Assembly (NCBI GenBank): GCA_965153455.1
Contig: OZ234493.1
Span: 6,624,213-6,688,212, forward strand
DNA length: 64,000 nt
Origin: Sphagnum compactum
Lineage: Eukaryota
Direction of reading: 5' to 3'
A program made the translations under genes and the position numbers. Every line of letters begins with the position of its first letter. Position 1 is the stretch's first letter. Of the stretch, positions 28,991 through 41,600 are shown one piece after another. The notes under the pieces were generated by a model. That model saw nothing but the letters and a program-made list of their open reading frames with translations, searched no databases and was not told the origin of the DNA.

Positions 28991-29150
28991 TGTAACAAAC
29001 TTCTTGCTTCTTATGATATACTTAGTTTAAAACTATAACCTTTACTCTAGGAGTGTAAAGCCATATGAAATGTAACAAACTTCTTGCTTCTTATGATATA
29101 CTTAGTTTAAAACTATAACCTTTACTCTAGGAGTGTAAAGCCATATGAAA
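28991..29150. repeat. Perfect 80-bp tandem duplication
   Basis: TGTAACAAACTTCTTG...GCCATATGAAA at 28991 and 29071, identical. Confidence 0.95.
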
Positions 29151-29733
29151 TATGCTCTTGCCTTGTCGCTTTCTAGTTTTTGGTGGGAATCCATTATATG
29201 AATTGTGGAGGGAAAGTCTTTAATGGACTTATTTGGTTTTTGATGGTGCAATGGTATCCAATGTTTGAGCTATATTAATTGAGTTGTTTTTTGTGTGGGG
29301 TCTCTTTGTTGTTCTATGTTCACCCAAGGATTAATTCCTAAACACTTCTCAATTTTTTTGTGCATAAAGCCTCCAATTCACAATCACCTCATTGTTTTTG
29401 AATGTTACATTGGACGCCTATTACCGAACACAAAATTGCACATAAGTAAGCAATCATGTGTGTGGTCTATCATGCTCACATTTTAAAATTGACATTCCTA
29501 CCCCTTATTCCTTAACAATAAATTAAGAATTTAAAGAATTTCAGAACAAATGACTTTTGACCGAATGTTTGGTCATGGGTGTCCGTTTGAACAAAACCAA
29601 CATAATCCAAAATGAACGCCAACCTTAAAACACACTAACTAGGTGTTTGATCACAAGCACCTGATCGGTGATGGGCCAATTTACCCTAGTCTGTGAGTGT
29701 CCTAGGGTAAAGTTTTTCCCCTCATGTCTACTC

Positions 29734-30568
29734 CAGTGTTGAAACGAGTATCAAAAATGTAAACTGATAACCAGAGGTTCTCACGGTGGGTCTCAAGTAT
29801 TGGTCCATATGTATAATTGCGGTATTATACCCGTGGTATTATATGATGGTATTATACCACCATCAGAAACAACTATACATTGTATAATTATTGTATAATA
29901 GGCAAGTGTGCCCACGGATTGCGCAAACAGTTCGATTCTTGCCCCACCCACAAATGCTTGGTGGCTGCATTGAAGAATTTGATCGCCTTGACATTTCTAG
30001 CGACATCGACGACATTGTTGACGAGGATCTCTTCGACGAGGAGGTGGTGGACGAGGGTAACATCTTCAATTGAGGTGGACTCTGACTGTTGTATAATACA
30101 ATCTGATATTATACAGTATTATACGGTATTATACCACGCAGTCCGCGCAGGTTCCAATTATACAGAACAGTAGTCTCAAGGTTGTATAACCACAGTTCTC
30201 AAAAAATCTGAGAACCCATTTTGATACATAACCCCAGTTCTCCAAAAAAGAAGTCTAAGAACTGATCACATACACTTCTAGAAAACTGTGAGTTCTTGGC
30301 CAGTTCTTTCATGAAAACTGCAGGTTCTTTGAGGCCTGATGAAAAAACCAAAACCAACGGTTCTTTGTTTCAGAATTTTTTCAAAGAAACATAACCAAAG
30401 GTTCTCTGATTCTGAATATTTTCAAAAAACCATAACCAGATGTTCTGTGATTTGGAACATTTTCAAAAGCCCAGAACTGGACGTTCTTTGTTTTTGGAAA
30501 TGAAGATTCTTTAATTTCCAACTTTACTTTAACACAGGAAACAGAGGTTAATAACAAAACACCCACTG
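29734..30568. mobile_element. Host hAT-type MITE (CAGTG..CACTG ends) interrupted by the 375-bp element
   Basis: Begins CAGTGTTG and ends CCACTG, with internal GTTCT/AGAAC motifs as in the 61139-61440 element. The TSD is only partly conserved (GTCTACTC/GTCCAACC). Confidence 0.55.
29798..30172. mobile_element. hAT-like non-autonomous element, 375 bp
   Basis: Perfect 8-bp TSD GTCTCAAG (29790-29797 / 30173-30180), imperfect ends sharing GTATAATTG, subterminal GTATTATAC repeats and an internal acidic coding fragment. Confidence 0.75.
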
Positions 30569-32550
30569 GTCCAACCCAGTGACCAGTTTTGTACCATAGG
30601 AGTAAAGGCTAGATGACATTGGCACATCTTTCTTTTCTGGAATTGAACCCACAACCACTTGCAAAACTGTGTTCCTAAAAGCCTCAAACGCTCAAATGCT
30701 TCTCTTGTGTGCAATAAACAGTGAGTAGAAGACAGGGAGAGACAGATCTCTGCTGGACAATAGCAAGTGAGCAAGTCCCCTTGCTGTTGTTCTTTCTCAA
30801 GGCACTTTTGCTGCAATAGCTTCACTTTCCAGAATTTTAGGCTTCCCTCTTGCTACCCTTTCTATTTTGTCGCTGATTGCACAGCAGCTTCAAGTAGAGC
30901 ATGTGATCTCTCTCTCTCTCTCTCTCTCTCTCAGAGCGCTCACTACTCCAATTTTGACTTCAATTTCTCAAATGGAACATGCATATGACTTCCCACCTGT
31001 GAACCATAACACAGTAAGTGATTCAAGGAAGCTGCAGAATTCAGGCTATGGTGGTTTCACATAAGAAAGTAGGGTGTATGTAGCTGAGGCTTTAGGAGGG
31101 ACATACAGCAAGCAAGAAATATATATTATTCATGGCACAGTTGCAAACCTTGAAGACAAGGATTTACTGTGCAGAAAAAAAATGTTGGAAGCCCAATTTT
31201 TGCTTAAATCGCACCAATTTTTTGCTTAAATCTCACCAACTTCTTGAACCCTTGAAAAACTAGTATACCCATATAAGGTGAAGTTTGTTGTATGTACAGC
31301 ACAATTGGTTAATGACCTCTTGGAAACTGGAAAATGGACACTTTTCTTTGGTTCAACTGAGACCACAGCAGTTACGGAAATCTAGTGCAAATTGAGGGCA
31401 CTCTGAACTGAGGAAGGATACAGGACAAAGTACCATATGGTTCTTCTGAAGTGAATGATGCAGCTCCTCTTGATTTTGTTGGTCCTGATTGTGGCATTCA
31501 TCTCACACTGAGGATCTGATCAAAGACCTGCCAAAACCCTAGAAACTGTTCCAGGCAACACTCCCTTCACTTAGTTCAAGAAACACAATCCATGAAACAG
31601 ACAAAGCAATTAAACTTGCATATTTGATCATACTTTTTTGGGCATCACCTATTCTGCTTTGATTGAATGCCAAATGCCATGATAGTCAGGGTAGCACACA
31701 AGCAGCTGCTGCAGTTCTCTACATTGTGTAAATCAAGACAATAGTAAAGATCAGCCTGATCCTACTACATACATAAATGTCAGAAGTACAAATTGGTCAG
31801 TGTCGCAAACAGTTACGTACTGACCATAATCTGTGCATGCACATGGTCCCTTGAAGCCCCAGCAATTTGATCAACCAACTGATGAGCTTCAGGGCAGGAA
31901 AATGAAGATGATACAAAGGGGATACTTCACACACTGGAGCTACATTAGGCATCACCACACAAAGCTTTCAATGACAAAGGACTGTCGAACAGATCACTGT
32001 GTAAGTTGGTGCTGTATCGATACCATCTAGAATGGTAAAGCCGCTGTCCATCATGGCATTGTTTTGAGGAAGAACAAACACATTCCATGAAAAGAGAGCT
32101 GAAAAATTTCAGTGCACAAGTCCATGATGGGATTGCAGCAGGAGACAAACATGTTCACCAGTCAGGAAACTGATATTAGGAATCCAAGACATAAAATTGG
32201 CATCACAACTGATGCTAACCTCATTGATCCTGGATAGATCCCAATTAACCATCACTGCAAAAGCCACAAATTTCCATAGAACAACTTGAGTTTGTGAGAA
32301 CAGGAGCTCGGTTTGAGATCCAACAGAACACAATTGTCAGTCAGGGCTCTCATCAGCAACATATCAATGGAACACAGTGGTGAGGAACAAAAGATTCAAT
32401 TTAAGCTGAATTTGAGTCAAGGTGTCTATGTGATTGGTTAAGCCTGCAGCAAACCAGGCTACCATCAGCAATCGAGTTTGAGCTAAAAGAATTCTTGCCA
32501 ATAGCAAGAACAAGCATACAACTTTCAAACACAACTTCATAGTGCTCATG

Positions 32551-32952
32551 TCACCTGCTGTTAAAAAATGACCCAGCAGCCCGTCGTGGTGCACTCTTCC
32601 GCCGGCTGCCTTGCCGTCTTGTTACCATTGGGGTCGCTGCAGGCTCGTCTAAATGGTCCATGCTTTCTTTGTCATTCACATCAACTCTCGTATCTGTAGG
32701 TCCTTCTATTGCTTTTGATCGGCTGCACTTATTTCCAGAATCCAAAACCAAATTTTGTTGTGATACCTCATTGCTCAAAGCATCACCTTTCTTCTTGTCC
32801 TCTGTCAGTATTTCTTCCTTGATAACCTTGCGTGGTCTTCCTCTCTTTTTTTGAATGGGAGCCAAGCTTGGAGCTGTGCTTGGAGCTACTTCTTTGGATT
32901 CAAAATTCCTATCAGATGTGGACCTCTTCCACACTAACTCTGGACGACCCAT
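32551..32952 (-). CDS. Small basic protein with AT-hook-like motif (133 aa), plant uncharacterised family
   Basis: ATG at 32952 follows directly after a TTGGTACAG acceptor. Protein MGRPELVWKR...KKRGRPRK...GSRRKSAPRRAA; the RGRP core and C-terminal GSRRK-x-PRRAA match a small land-plant family I recognise from memory. The stop overlaps a possible donor (AG|GTGAC), so the extreme C-terminus is uncertain. Confidence 0.8.
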   Translation of the reverse strand: MGRPELVWKRSTSDRNFESKEVAPSTAPSLAPIQKKRGRPRKVIKEEILTEDKKKGDALSNEVSQQNLVLDSGNKCSRSKAIEGPTDTRVDVNDKESMDHLDEPAATPMVTRRQGSRRKSAPRRAAGSFFNSR

Positions 32953-33087
32953 CTGTACCAACAAGGAAAGTTAGGCTTAGCTAAGAACCAAATTTTCTCT
33001 ACCACTATCCATCTTGAACAGACTCTCTGGATTATGCAATAGAAACAACAAATGTGGAGGTGATAACGAGACCAAGAAGAAACAAGC

Positions 33088-33334
33088 CTGGCGTAAACCC
33101 GGGATGGATAAGCCATGTGCGGCCAACAAAGAAATATGAGATTCCATAAACCTAGAAAACCCTGGAATCGCACCTTTCTTCTCCTCTTAGAGCTGATCGG
33201 AGCCTCACCGCCTGTTCGAGTTTCAAAGCTTGAGCTTAAAGAAATGGTTCATATAGCAGCTCAGAAGGCATGAACGCGCGAGGTCGAAACAGGTCTGGCG
33301 TAAACCCGGGATGGATAAGCCATGTGCGGCCAAC
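33088..33334. repeat. Exact 40-bp direct repeat (33088-33127 and 33295-33334)
   Basis: CTGGCGTAAACCCGGGATGGATAAGCCATGTGCGGCCAAC occurs twice, 207 bp apart. Confidence 0.95.
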
Positions 33335-34447
33335 TCCGATTCCTCCCTCCAAGCAAATCTGCAACCAATACTTTCCCCCAGTGACCTCAGCGACGACAGA
33401 TTCCTGACCTACGAGACGCAGAAAAGTTCGAGTGGCGGTCTCCAAAGTTCTTTCAATAATAGAGCTCCTCAGAGAATCAAAGTTGAAGGTATTATTACGA
33501 TCTCCTGAAGACGGCTATCACCATAGCTTGCAGCCAGAATTTTGGAGAATAAAGACCGGCAGGAAGGGAAGTGAAGGGCATAAAAAGTCTGACATTTAAA
33601 CAAAAGAAAAGCGATTCAGCTGCAGGATAAAGTCGCGGATGTGGATAGAACGATCCGGAAGAAGGATGGACAATTGAAACTGACCTGAATCTGCCGTCAA
33701 GGTGGAGGCGAAAAACGATCCGGGCGAAAAATCTGCACAGTAGATAGACTTGAAATCCTTGGCAAACAATCCACTCGTCTTCAGGATTAAAATTATGCAA
33801 AAGAGTGAGGCTCCGAGAGCGATGGCTTGGAAGGCGACGGGAGCTTGTAACCAAAAGCGACCAAAAAAGAGTGAATCTGCTGAAGAACACAGACAGCGAA
33901 CAAAACTATTTCCAAGGTAAATTTTATGGAGGAAATCCTTAGCAGGACAACAACGCCTCGCTGGAATCCAGAAAAAGAAGAAACAGAACACAGCGAGTGA
34001 AAGCATCAAAGAACTTGCGGAAATTCAACGATCTATGTATGAACCGAGAAAATAGGGATCTGACATACATACACAATGTCGATGAGAAACTCCCTTCTCA
34101 AGTCGTCAAGTGAAATTGCTTTATCTGAAGCTGCTGGACAAGACAAGAAAGAGAAAGCACAATCTGTAAAGATTAATAGCAGTCTAGCACTCTATCAAAA
34201 TCCATGAGAACAAATCCCATATTACGAAAACAAACAAGTAACGATAACCCCTGCCACAGTTAGACAATCAATCATAGCTGATTGCAAGACGAGAAGACAA
34301 AAAAACCGATGACATTCAAACAACCGCAAGGAACACACACAGACGCACATACATCACACAAAAACACAAGTCTGCAAGAAAAAGAAACAAAGAAACAAAG
34401 AAAACACTCCAACGAAAAAGAATAATCCTGAATATGGAATCACTTAC

Positions 34448-34620
34448 TTCTCTTCCAAAATATATCGTCGCCAGAAGCTGAAGATATGGTGGTCACGAAA
34501 TGCTGAGCCGCACGCAAAGATGCGCACACGAGACCGCACACACAAACACACACACACAAAACTCTGAAGCAACGCGGTAGGCTGGAGGTGACTGGGTGGG
34601 TGAAGAAAGGCCAGGCTTCA
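34448..34620 (-). other. Probable non-coding first exon (5'UTR) of the AT-hook protein gene
   Basis: GC-richer, TG-repeat stretch ending in a strong donor GAA|GTAAGTG (intron starts at 34447). It pairs with the acceptor at 32953. The upstream boundary is approximate. Confidence 0.55.
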
Positions 34621-34627
34621 CCCCTCC

Positions 34628-35612
34628 TCACATTCTAGCCAGAATCGTCTTCTCATTTTCCGCCGGAATGGATCTGCCTCGGAATTGGTCAACGGAGACG
34701 CTACAATTACACTCGACATCAGACAGTTCCGGTCTCTAAATGATGAATGGAAAACCAAAAAAACCAAATCATGTGGAAAAGTTGACCCCCTGTCACATTC
34801 TAGCCAAAATTGTCTTTCTCATTTTCCACCGGAATGAATTGGTCCATAGAATGCTACACTTACACTCGATGTCAGACAGTTCTGGTCTCTAATGGTGAAT
34901 GGAAAACTGAATCATGTCAAAAAAAATTTGACTCCTTGTCACATTCTCGCCGGAATCATCTTTTCATTTTCTGCTGGAATGAATTTGCCTCTGGAATTTC
35001 GCTACATTCATCCGGAATTGGTCAATGGAACACTAGAATTACAGTTTGACATCTGACAGTTCTAGTCTCTGATGGTGAATGGAAAAACTGAATCATGTCA
35101 GAAACATTGACCACTTGCCACATTCTAGCCAGAATCATCTTTTCATTTTCTGCTGGAATGAATTTGCCTCAGAATGTGCTACAATCATCCCCAACTGGTC
35201 AACAGAATGCGGAAAATTTACACTCCATATCTGACAGTTCTGGTCTTCAATTGTGAATGGAAAAACTGAATCATGTCAAAAACATTGACTGCCCATCACA
35301 TTCTAGCCAGAACCGTCTTTTCATTTTCTGGCAGAATGAATCTGCACGGAATTTTGGTGCATTCCATCCAGAATTGGTCTTCAGAATGCTAAAATTACAC
35401 TGGACATCACACACTTCTGCTCTCTAATGGTGAATGGAAAATTGAATCATTTCCAAATATTGACCCCTTGTCACATTCTAGCCAGAATCATCTTTTAATT
35501 TTCTGCCAGAATGAGTCTGCCACAGAATTTCACTACATTCATCCAAAATTGCTCAACAGAACACTAGAATTACACTCAACATCAGACAATTCTGATCTCT
35601 TAGGTAACAGTT
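34628..35612. repeat. Degenerate tandem array, ~6 units of ~150-180 bp
   Basis: CACATTCTAGCCAGAATC...GACAGTTCTGG...GAATGGAAAA recurs near 34629, 34794, 34940, 35119, 35297 and 35473. Confidence 0.9.
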
Positions 35613-38600
35613 TATGGAAAACCAAACCATGTCAATAATAATAATAATAATAATAAATTAAAAGATTAAGTCAATTTTTTAAAAAAAAAACCAAAATAAT
35701 AATAAAATAATAAAGTAGTAGGTAGTAGTAATACCCATGGAAACTCAACACTCTTTGGAACAACAATAATTGCTAGGGAGTTGCTATGGAAATGTGTCCC
35801 ATCATCATATGCATCGTGATGTCAATGATTTATTCTACAATGGAACAATTCTTTTAAAAAATTTAGGGTTCCAAATATCCATTCAAGGTATCAAATGTTT
35901 TGAAAGGAATATTTAGGCGGTTTTTTGGACAATTTGGTTTTTAATTTTTAAATATGAATTGGTTATTTCCAACCAATTCTTCACAACAATTTTTTTTATA
36001 AATAGCTATTATTGCCAAAAAAATCATTTCCGAATAAGAAACACAATCTAATTATATTGCACACTCACACACACATTCATGTTTGCCTTCCCCCGCCCCC
36101 CCCCCAAACCCCTATAAAGGACACTTAATATCCTTGACATCCATTTGATATTTATTGAATTTTAATACTTAAAAAAACAAAAAAAAAACTCCTAGGCTAA
36201 TTCACCTGTGCTATCATTTGAAAATCTCCAAATTGTGATCCTAATCATTTTTCCAATATGAAAAATTAGTTTTAGATTCTGATAATGAATGCAAATGGTC
36301 ATGATTGACATTTTTATTTTGGCAAAAAAAATTGCATTGTGGCAACAAATCATTTTGGAATTTTTTGGGAAAACAGTTATTATAAATTCAAGAAAATTTG
36401 CTAAAATTTTGGAAAAGAATTGACAAAATTTCAAAACTACAAAACTAAAAGGAACTTGGTCATGTGACTTGAAAAACATAAAAAATAAAGATTTCTTAAG
36501 ATATTTTTCAATAATAGGGTGAATGCAAGATTGAGTGGCTCACTTTTTGTGTCTCATTGCAATTTTTTGCAAGGTGTAATGAATTAACATGCCATTAACA
36601 TGCCATGAAACCATTTATATGCACAATTGAGACTTGGTTTAAGATTCTCAACTTCAATTAGAAACTATCTATATAATTTGTGCACAAAAAATGTGCACCC
36701 ATTATGAAGTAATGGACTTTTGAAGTGAAAACATATAGACTTTCCCGACCATCTGCATTTCCCATACACATGAAATTTTCAGTATCGTTTTTTGAAAATA
36801 TATCTTATAGGGATTTAGTATTTGATAGATGAAAGAAACAGAAACACGAATTTGAAAACTTCATTACGAAAGCTTTAACCAAAATATAGTTATGGACTTT
36901 TGAATGACCCAAATTTGGACTTTATTTAGTCTTTACATGGGTCTTTTTTGTTGGATTCATGATTTTTTTCCTTGTAAATAAAAAAGATGTCTAAGTGGCT
37001 ATATTTTCATATGAATTTAATTAATTCATTAACTAACCCATAGTCTCCCATTTATGTTAACTTGACAAAAAAAAATGGACTTTTAAAAACTTTTATCTAC
37101 TAAAAATGAGCCACTTAACCTTGCATCAACCCAATAATCACACCTTTTTCAGAGCATGGGCAAAATAAATTCCTTGAAAGTTTATTTCGAATTCCAAGAT
37201 TTCATGGTTGACATGTTATAAATGTTAGAACTACCTAAGATACTATAGCAACCATGCTGAAAAAATGAAATAAAATAGTTTGCCCAAAATTTAGTTTAAA
37301 AATGAAACTATTTTTGATATAAACATAAACAAGTAAATTAAAAACCTTCAAAAGTAGAAATTTGAAAACATTGCCTCCTCAATTGAATTTATGATAAGTT
37401 GAATATAAAATTTGAAGAACTTTAATATAACAAAAGTAGGCTACAAATGGATTTGAAAATACCTTATCAATATGGTGTTCAAAACTATTTTTGCATTAGA
37501 AGTTTGATATATCATGACTATAATATGCCCAATTTGACAATACCTAAATATTTTATATTAAAACTTTGAACTTGAAAATAAAAAATAAAAAATTTATTTC
37601 ATTTACTTACAATTTCCATTTTGTAAGGCCATAAATCTTGTGCAAATAGATGCATTTCTAAAACATCTACTTGAATTTACTTGAAGATGTGGCTTTTCAA
37701 TATTATAACAATAAAATGAAAAATTATCCTCATATTAATCATTGATTAAAAAATATTTTTATTTTCCATATATCAAAGTTTTTTGTGGCTACTTGTAATT
37801 TTTTCTAATGAGGAGCAAAGATTGTTTACTTGACCATGTTTATTAGCCTAGGTGGCCTAGGTAGTACTTGCCTAAGTACCACCATAGCTAGGTGGCCTAA
37901 GTAGCCTAAATGACAACCAATTTAACCTAGGTTAAGTAGCCTAGGTCACATTCATGTAGGTTAAGCTTAGGCCCAATTAAAGTTGTCAGGTGCCTAAGCA
38001 ACTTGGTTTGGTTTGCAAGTTTGAACTTTTCACTTCACAATGAAAAGTCAATATCTTTACTAATGAATCACACTTTCATATGGTGTGGTCTTTTCTAAAA
38101 ATATAATATATGAACATTTTTTTATATGCAAATCAATTGATATAAGTAGGTAACTAATTTAGCCTATGTAAGTAAGTAAGCTAGGTAGGTAGTAAAAAAG
38201 GTAGGAAATTGATAATTAGGTAACTTAGCCTAGGTAGGTAGCCTACCCTACTTAGGTAGGTATTATAGCCTAGTTACCCACCTATGTAATGTAACTTAAC
38301 CTAGTCTACCTACCTTGGTAAGTTGTTTATACATAACCAAAGTAGGTAGGTAGCTTATCGTAGCTACATATCTTGGAAATAGGTTAGTAGTTAGCCTAAC
38401 TTAGTTACTTACCTAGGAAATTAGCAAGTAGGTAACTTAGCCTAGCTAGGGATATCTAAGTTAACATGTAATCATACAATCACAATGTAGTTGCAACAAT
38501 GAGTATACATATATGATTATGGATATATGATTACATGACTAAACTTAAGATCCAATCAAATAATATTTTAATGATGAAAGATGCGTTTTGGCATGGTGTA

Positions 38601-41600
38601 ATTAGACAATAAGTTAGGTGAAAGTTAAACCAAATTGTAAAGGTTGTGTTTAGTCCACTAAGGATCCACCATGTTGAAGACAAACTTATGTAATTTAATT
38701 TTTACTCCCTATGGCATTAGAAAATTATAATCATGAATGAATATTGTTCATAACTTGCTTTTACAAAGGCTTTAAATGAATTGTGACTCCTTGGTGATGG
38801 AAGGGGTCTAGGCATCTTTCCTTCCCCTTTGGCTATGTAAAGAATTCCACCACAAAATCAATCAATAACCAATAACAACAAATCAATCAAAACAGTACAA
38901 TTATTGTTAGTTATGATGAAGCACTCACCCAAATATTAAGTTCACTTCTATTTCCAAAAGCAATGAAACTATATTCTAATAAAATAATATTGTTCAATAT
39001 AATTTGTTAGTATTTGTAAAGTGAATCATCTTCATGGTTTCACACAAAAAGAATAATGCCCCCATGTAATGTTTCCACAATACCCAATAATGAGAGCTCC
39101 ATGGTAAAAATCAATTTTTTTAATTTCCATAATTGCTTCTTGTTGCCACCATTTATTTGTAGTAATTAAGATTGAACAATGTCATTTTGTCCCTTTTGTT
39201 GTGCAACTTTTGTGTCCAACATATTACTTGAACATGAAATGCAAATTCTTGTAGCATAATTATTAATGTTTCCTCTTATGTTGAAAATAGAAGCAACAAA
39301 TGAGAATGTAATTAAAGAAATTGCCCCATACTAGAAAAAGATTAGAAAAAAAAAGATTTTAAGTGGAAAGCAATTAAATGGCCAACTTATATTAATGACT
39401 TGCATGTGTTGAATGTGATGACTTGCTAGATGCTTAAATGTAAGTAAATAGTATGAAAAAGGAAACTTGAACCTTAAGGAGAATGTTTCAAACATAAGAA
39501 GAATAGATTCATTTTGTTAAAGTTTTACAATTTTGAGATGGGTTTGCACCACTTGTCCAAGGTCAATTGCTTTAGTTGAGATGTTGATTAATTTTCAATC
39601 ATGAAAGTCAAACATATTCATGACAAGTTTCAATTGTAATTTGAAATTTGAATTATGATTTTTTAAATTTGCATCCATTTATAAACAAGGTCCACCAAAA
39701 TAATCAAGTGATTGACCTATGCTACAACCATGTCATCACATACTCATGGTGTCAAATAATAACAATGACATGATGTGGCATGATCATCACACTATCAATG
39801 TCTCAATTATAATTTGATTGAGTTTTTTTGGATTAAAAATGTTTCAAAGATCAACACTATTCAATAGACACTTATAAACTTAATAGACAACTTGACTTAT
39901 TTGACATGCGTACCCATCCACATAGAATTTTTAGAAATAAATATAATTGTACAATTTAAATGAAATTGAAATGACATGTAGTGAAAAACTCAATGGTAAA
40001 AAAACGCCCTTTTTTGCCAATACAAAACAACCTTGTTTTGTTTTCTAAAACTAAAAAAATACAATATCTCATTTTTTCATGCTCAATATTTTTAGTAGCT
40101 TAACCTTCCTTCATAAATTTATCAATTTAATTTGATGAAACAACTATAATGTGTAAATATTAATGTAAAAACTAGGAAATGGTTTTGAAAAATAAAATGA
40201 AACTTGTTGGGATGCATGTGGCTCTCAAAGATGTTGCAATTGGTTGCAATTTTTTGGGTTGTAGCATTGGCAAGTTTGGTAATCCGAAATAGGGGAGTAA
40301 ATTTCATTGGACAATTGTAATATATATGTGATCAATTTCATTCCTGAACAAATTGTCATACAAATGATATAATCCATTGTTGACATTTATTTGAAATTTT
40401 CTTTTCATTCATGTTGTCAATTGTTTTTTGAAAAATTCTTATTTTGCCCTTTTCATCTCCTCTTTAATTCTCTCCCCCTTTGGGAAGATGTTAAAATTTT
40501 GGAAAGGGGTAGGGGAAATGTTATTTCCTTAACATTCCATATTTTTATTAATTCGTGAATAACTTGGGTATGACATGTTGCATAACATGTGCCCTTTCAT
40601 ATAAAAAAGGTGGGTAAGAAAAAAGAAACTTAACATATCATGTTTATGGCTAATGTTCATGGAAGGCCTTTATAGCCTATAGGTTCTTGGAGGACTTTTT
40701 TTTTTGGATGTAGTTGGGTGGAAAAAAATGGTAAAAGTTCATAGATTTGAAAGAATCACTAAGCTTTAGCCCAAAAAAAAAAAAGATTCAAAAAAAATGA
40801 CCAAGCTTCAACTAGTTTTCATGACCTAGTAATAGGTTGAATGAAGTAAGTTAAAATGACTGGTGTGACTTAACACCCACTAGTGTAGTAGTTGGAGAAA
40901 AACCGTTTTGAGTTTTCATCTAGATGGAGCCAACTTAACCCCCATTGGAATTTGGGTGGGGTTTGAAAAAAAAACTTTGAATTTTTTTTTGCCACATTTT
41001 TTTTTTCTTTTTTGTCTCCTTCCTTTGTTTGTGTTTCTTCTTTTTCTTCCTTGATTTTTCTCTTTTTATATTTTTATTTTGTTCTTATGCAACAATAAGT
41101 TCTTAGAACAACTTGTTTCTTTTTATTTGATTGTTTTGCAATGGAGCTTATCAATGTGTTTTGGTGTTTGGGGGTTGCCAAGGAACCCTAGTCACCCCTC
41201 TTTTGCCATTGCCACCCCTCTTCCAAGTTTCAACAATTCTCCATGTAAGTCGCATTCTTGGGCCTTTTTATGGTAATAAAAAGTTCATGTAACCTTCAAC
41301 TATAAATGACAACAAAAAACTTGTAGCTCATTATCATCGTCATTTTTTTTTTTCAAAGAAGAAGGAAAAGAATAAAAGAAGCCAAAAAAACCAAAGAAGA
41401 AGGAAAAGAATAAGCATGAAGAGGAAGAGGGTTTTTTTTGTGTTTTTTTTAATCTTGTGGATATTTTCATTCCTTATAGTGAAAAACTTTTAGGGTGATG
41501 CATGTTTGCAAAATTAAAAAGTCTAAATGTGCTAATTTTGGTGGAGTATGTTTGGAAAGTTGAAAGGTAATCTACTATTTTATGCAAAAGCATTCATATT

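Larger units (their letters stand above)
23218..29686 (-). mobile_element. Possible full extent of the pogo-like element (~6.5 kb)
   Basis: Perfect 16-bp inverted ends GGGTAAATTGGCCCAT / ATGGGCCAATTTACCC, each flanked by TA, enclosing the transposase remnant. A degenerate alternative right end lies near 23695-23712. Confidence 0.6.

Noticed and set aside
30725-30945. miR156/529-like GTGAGCA and CT-repeat sequence
   Set aside because: Too many mismatches to the mature miRNAs and no convincing precursor stem.
33495-34009. 131-137-aa ORFs in the AT-hook gene's upstream region as extra coding exons
   Set aside because: They have non-ATG starts and a Phe/Ser/Leu bias typical of a pyrimidine-rich intron, and I found no in-frame donor linking them to the CDS.
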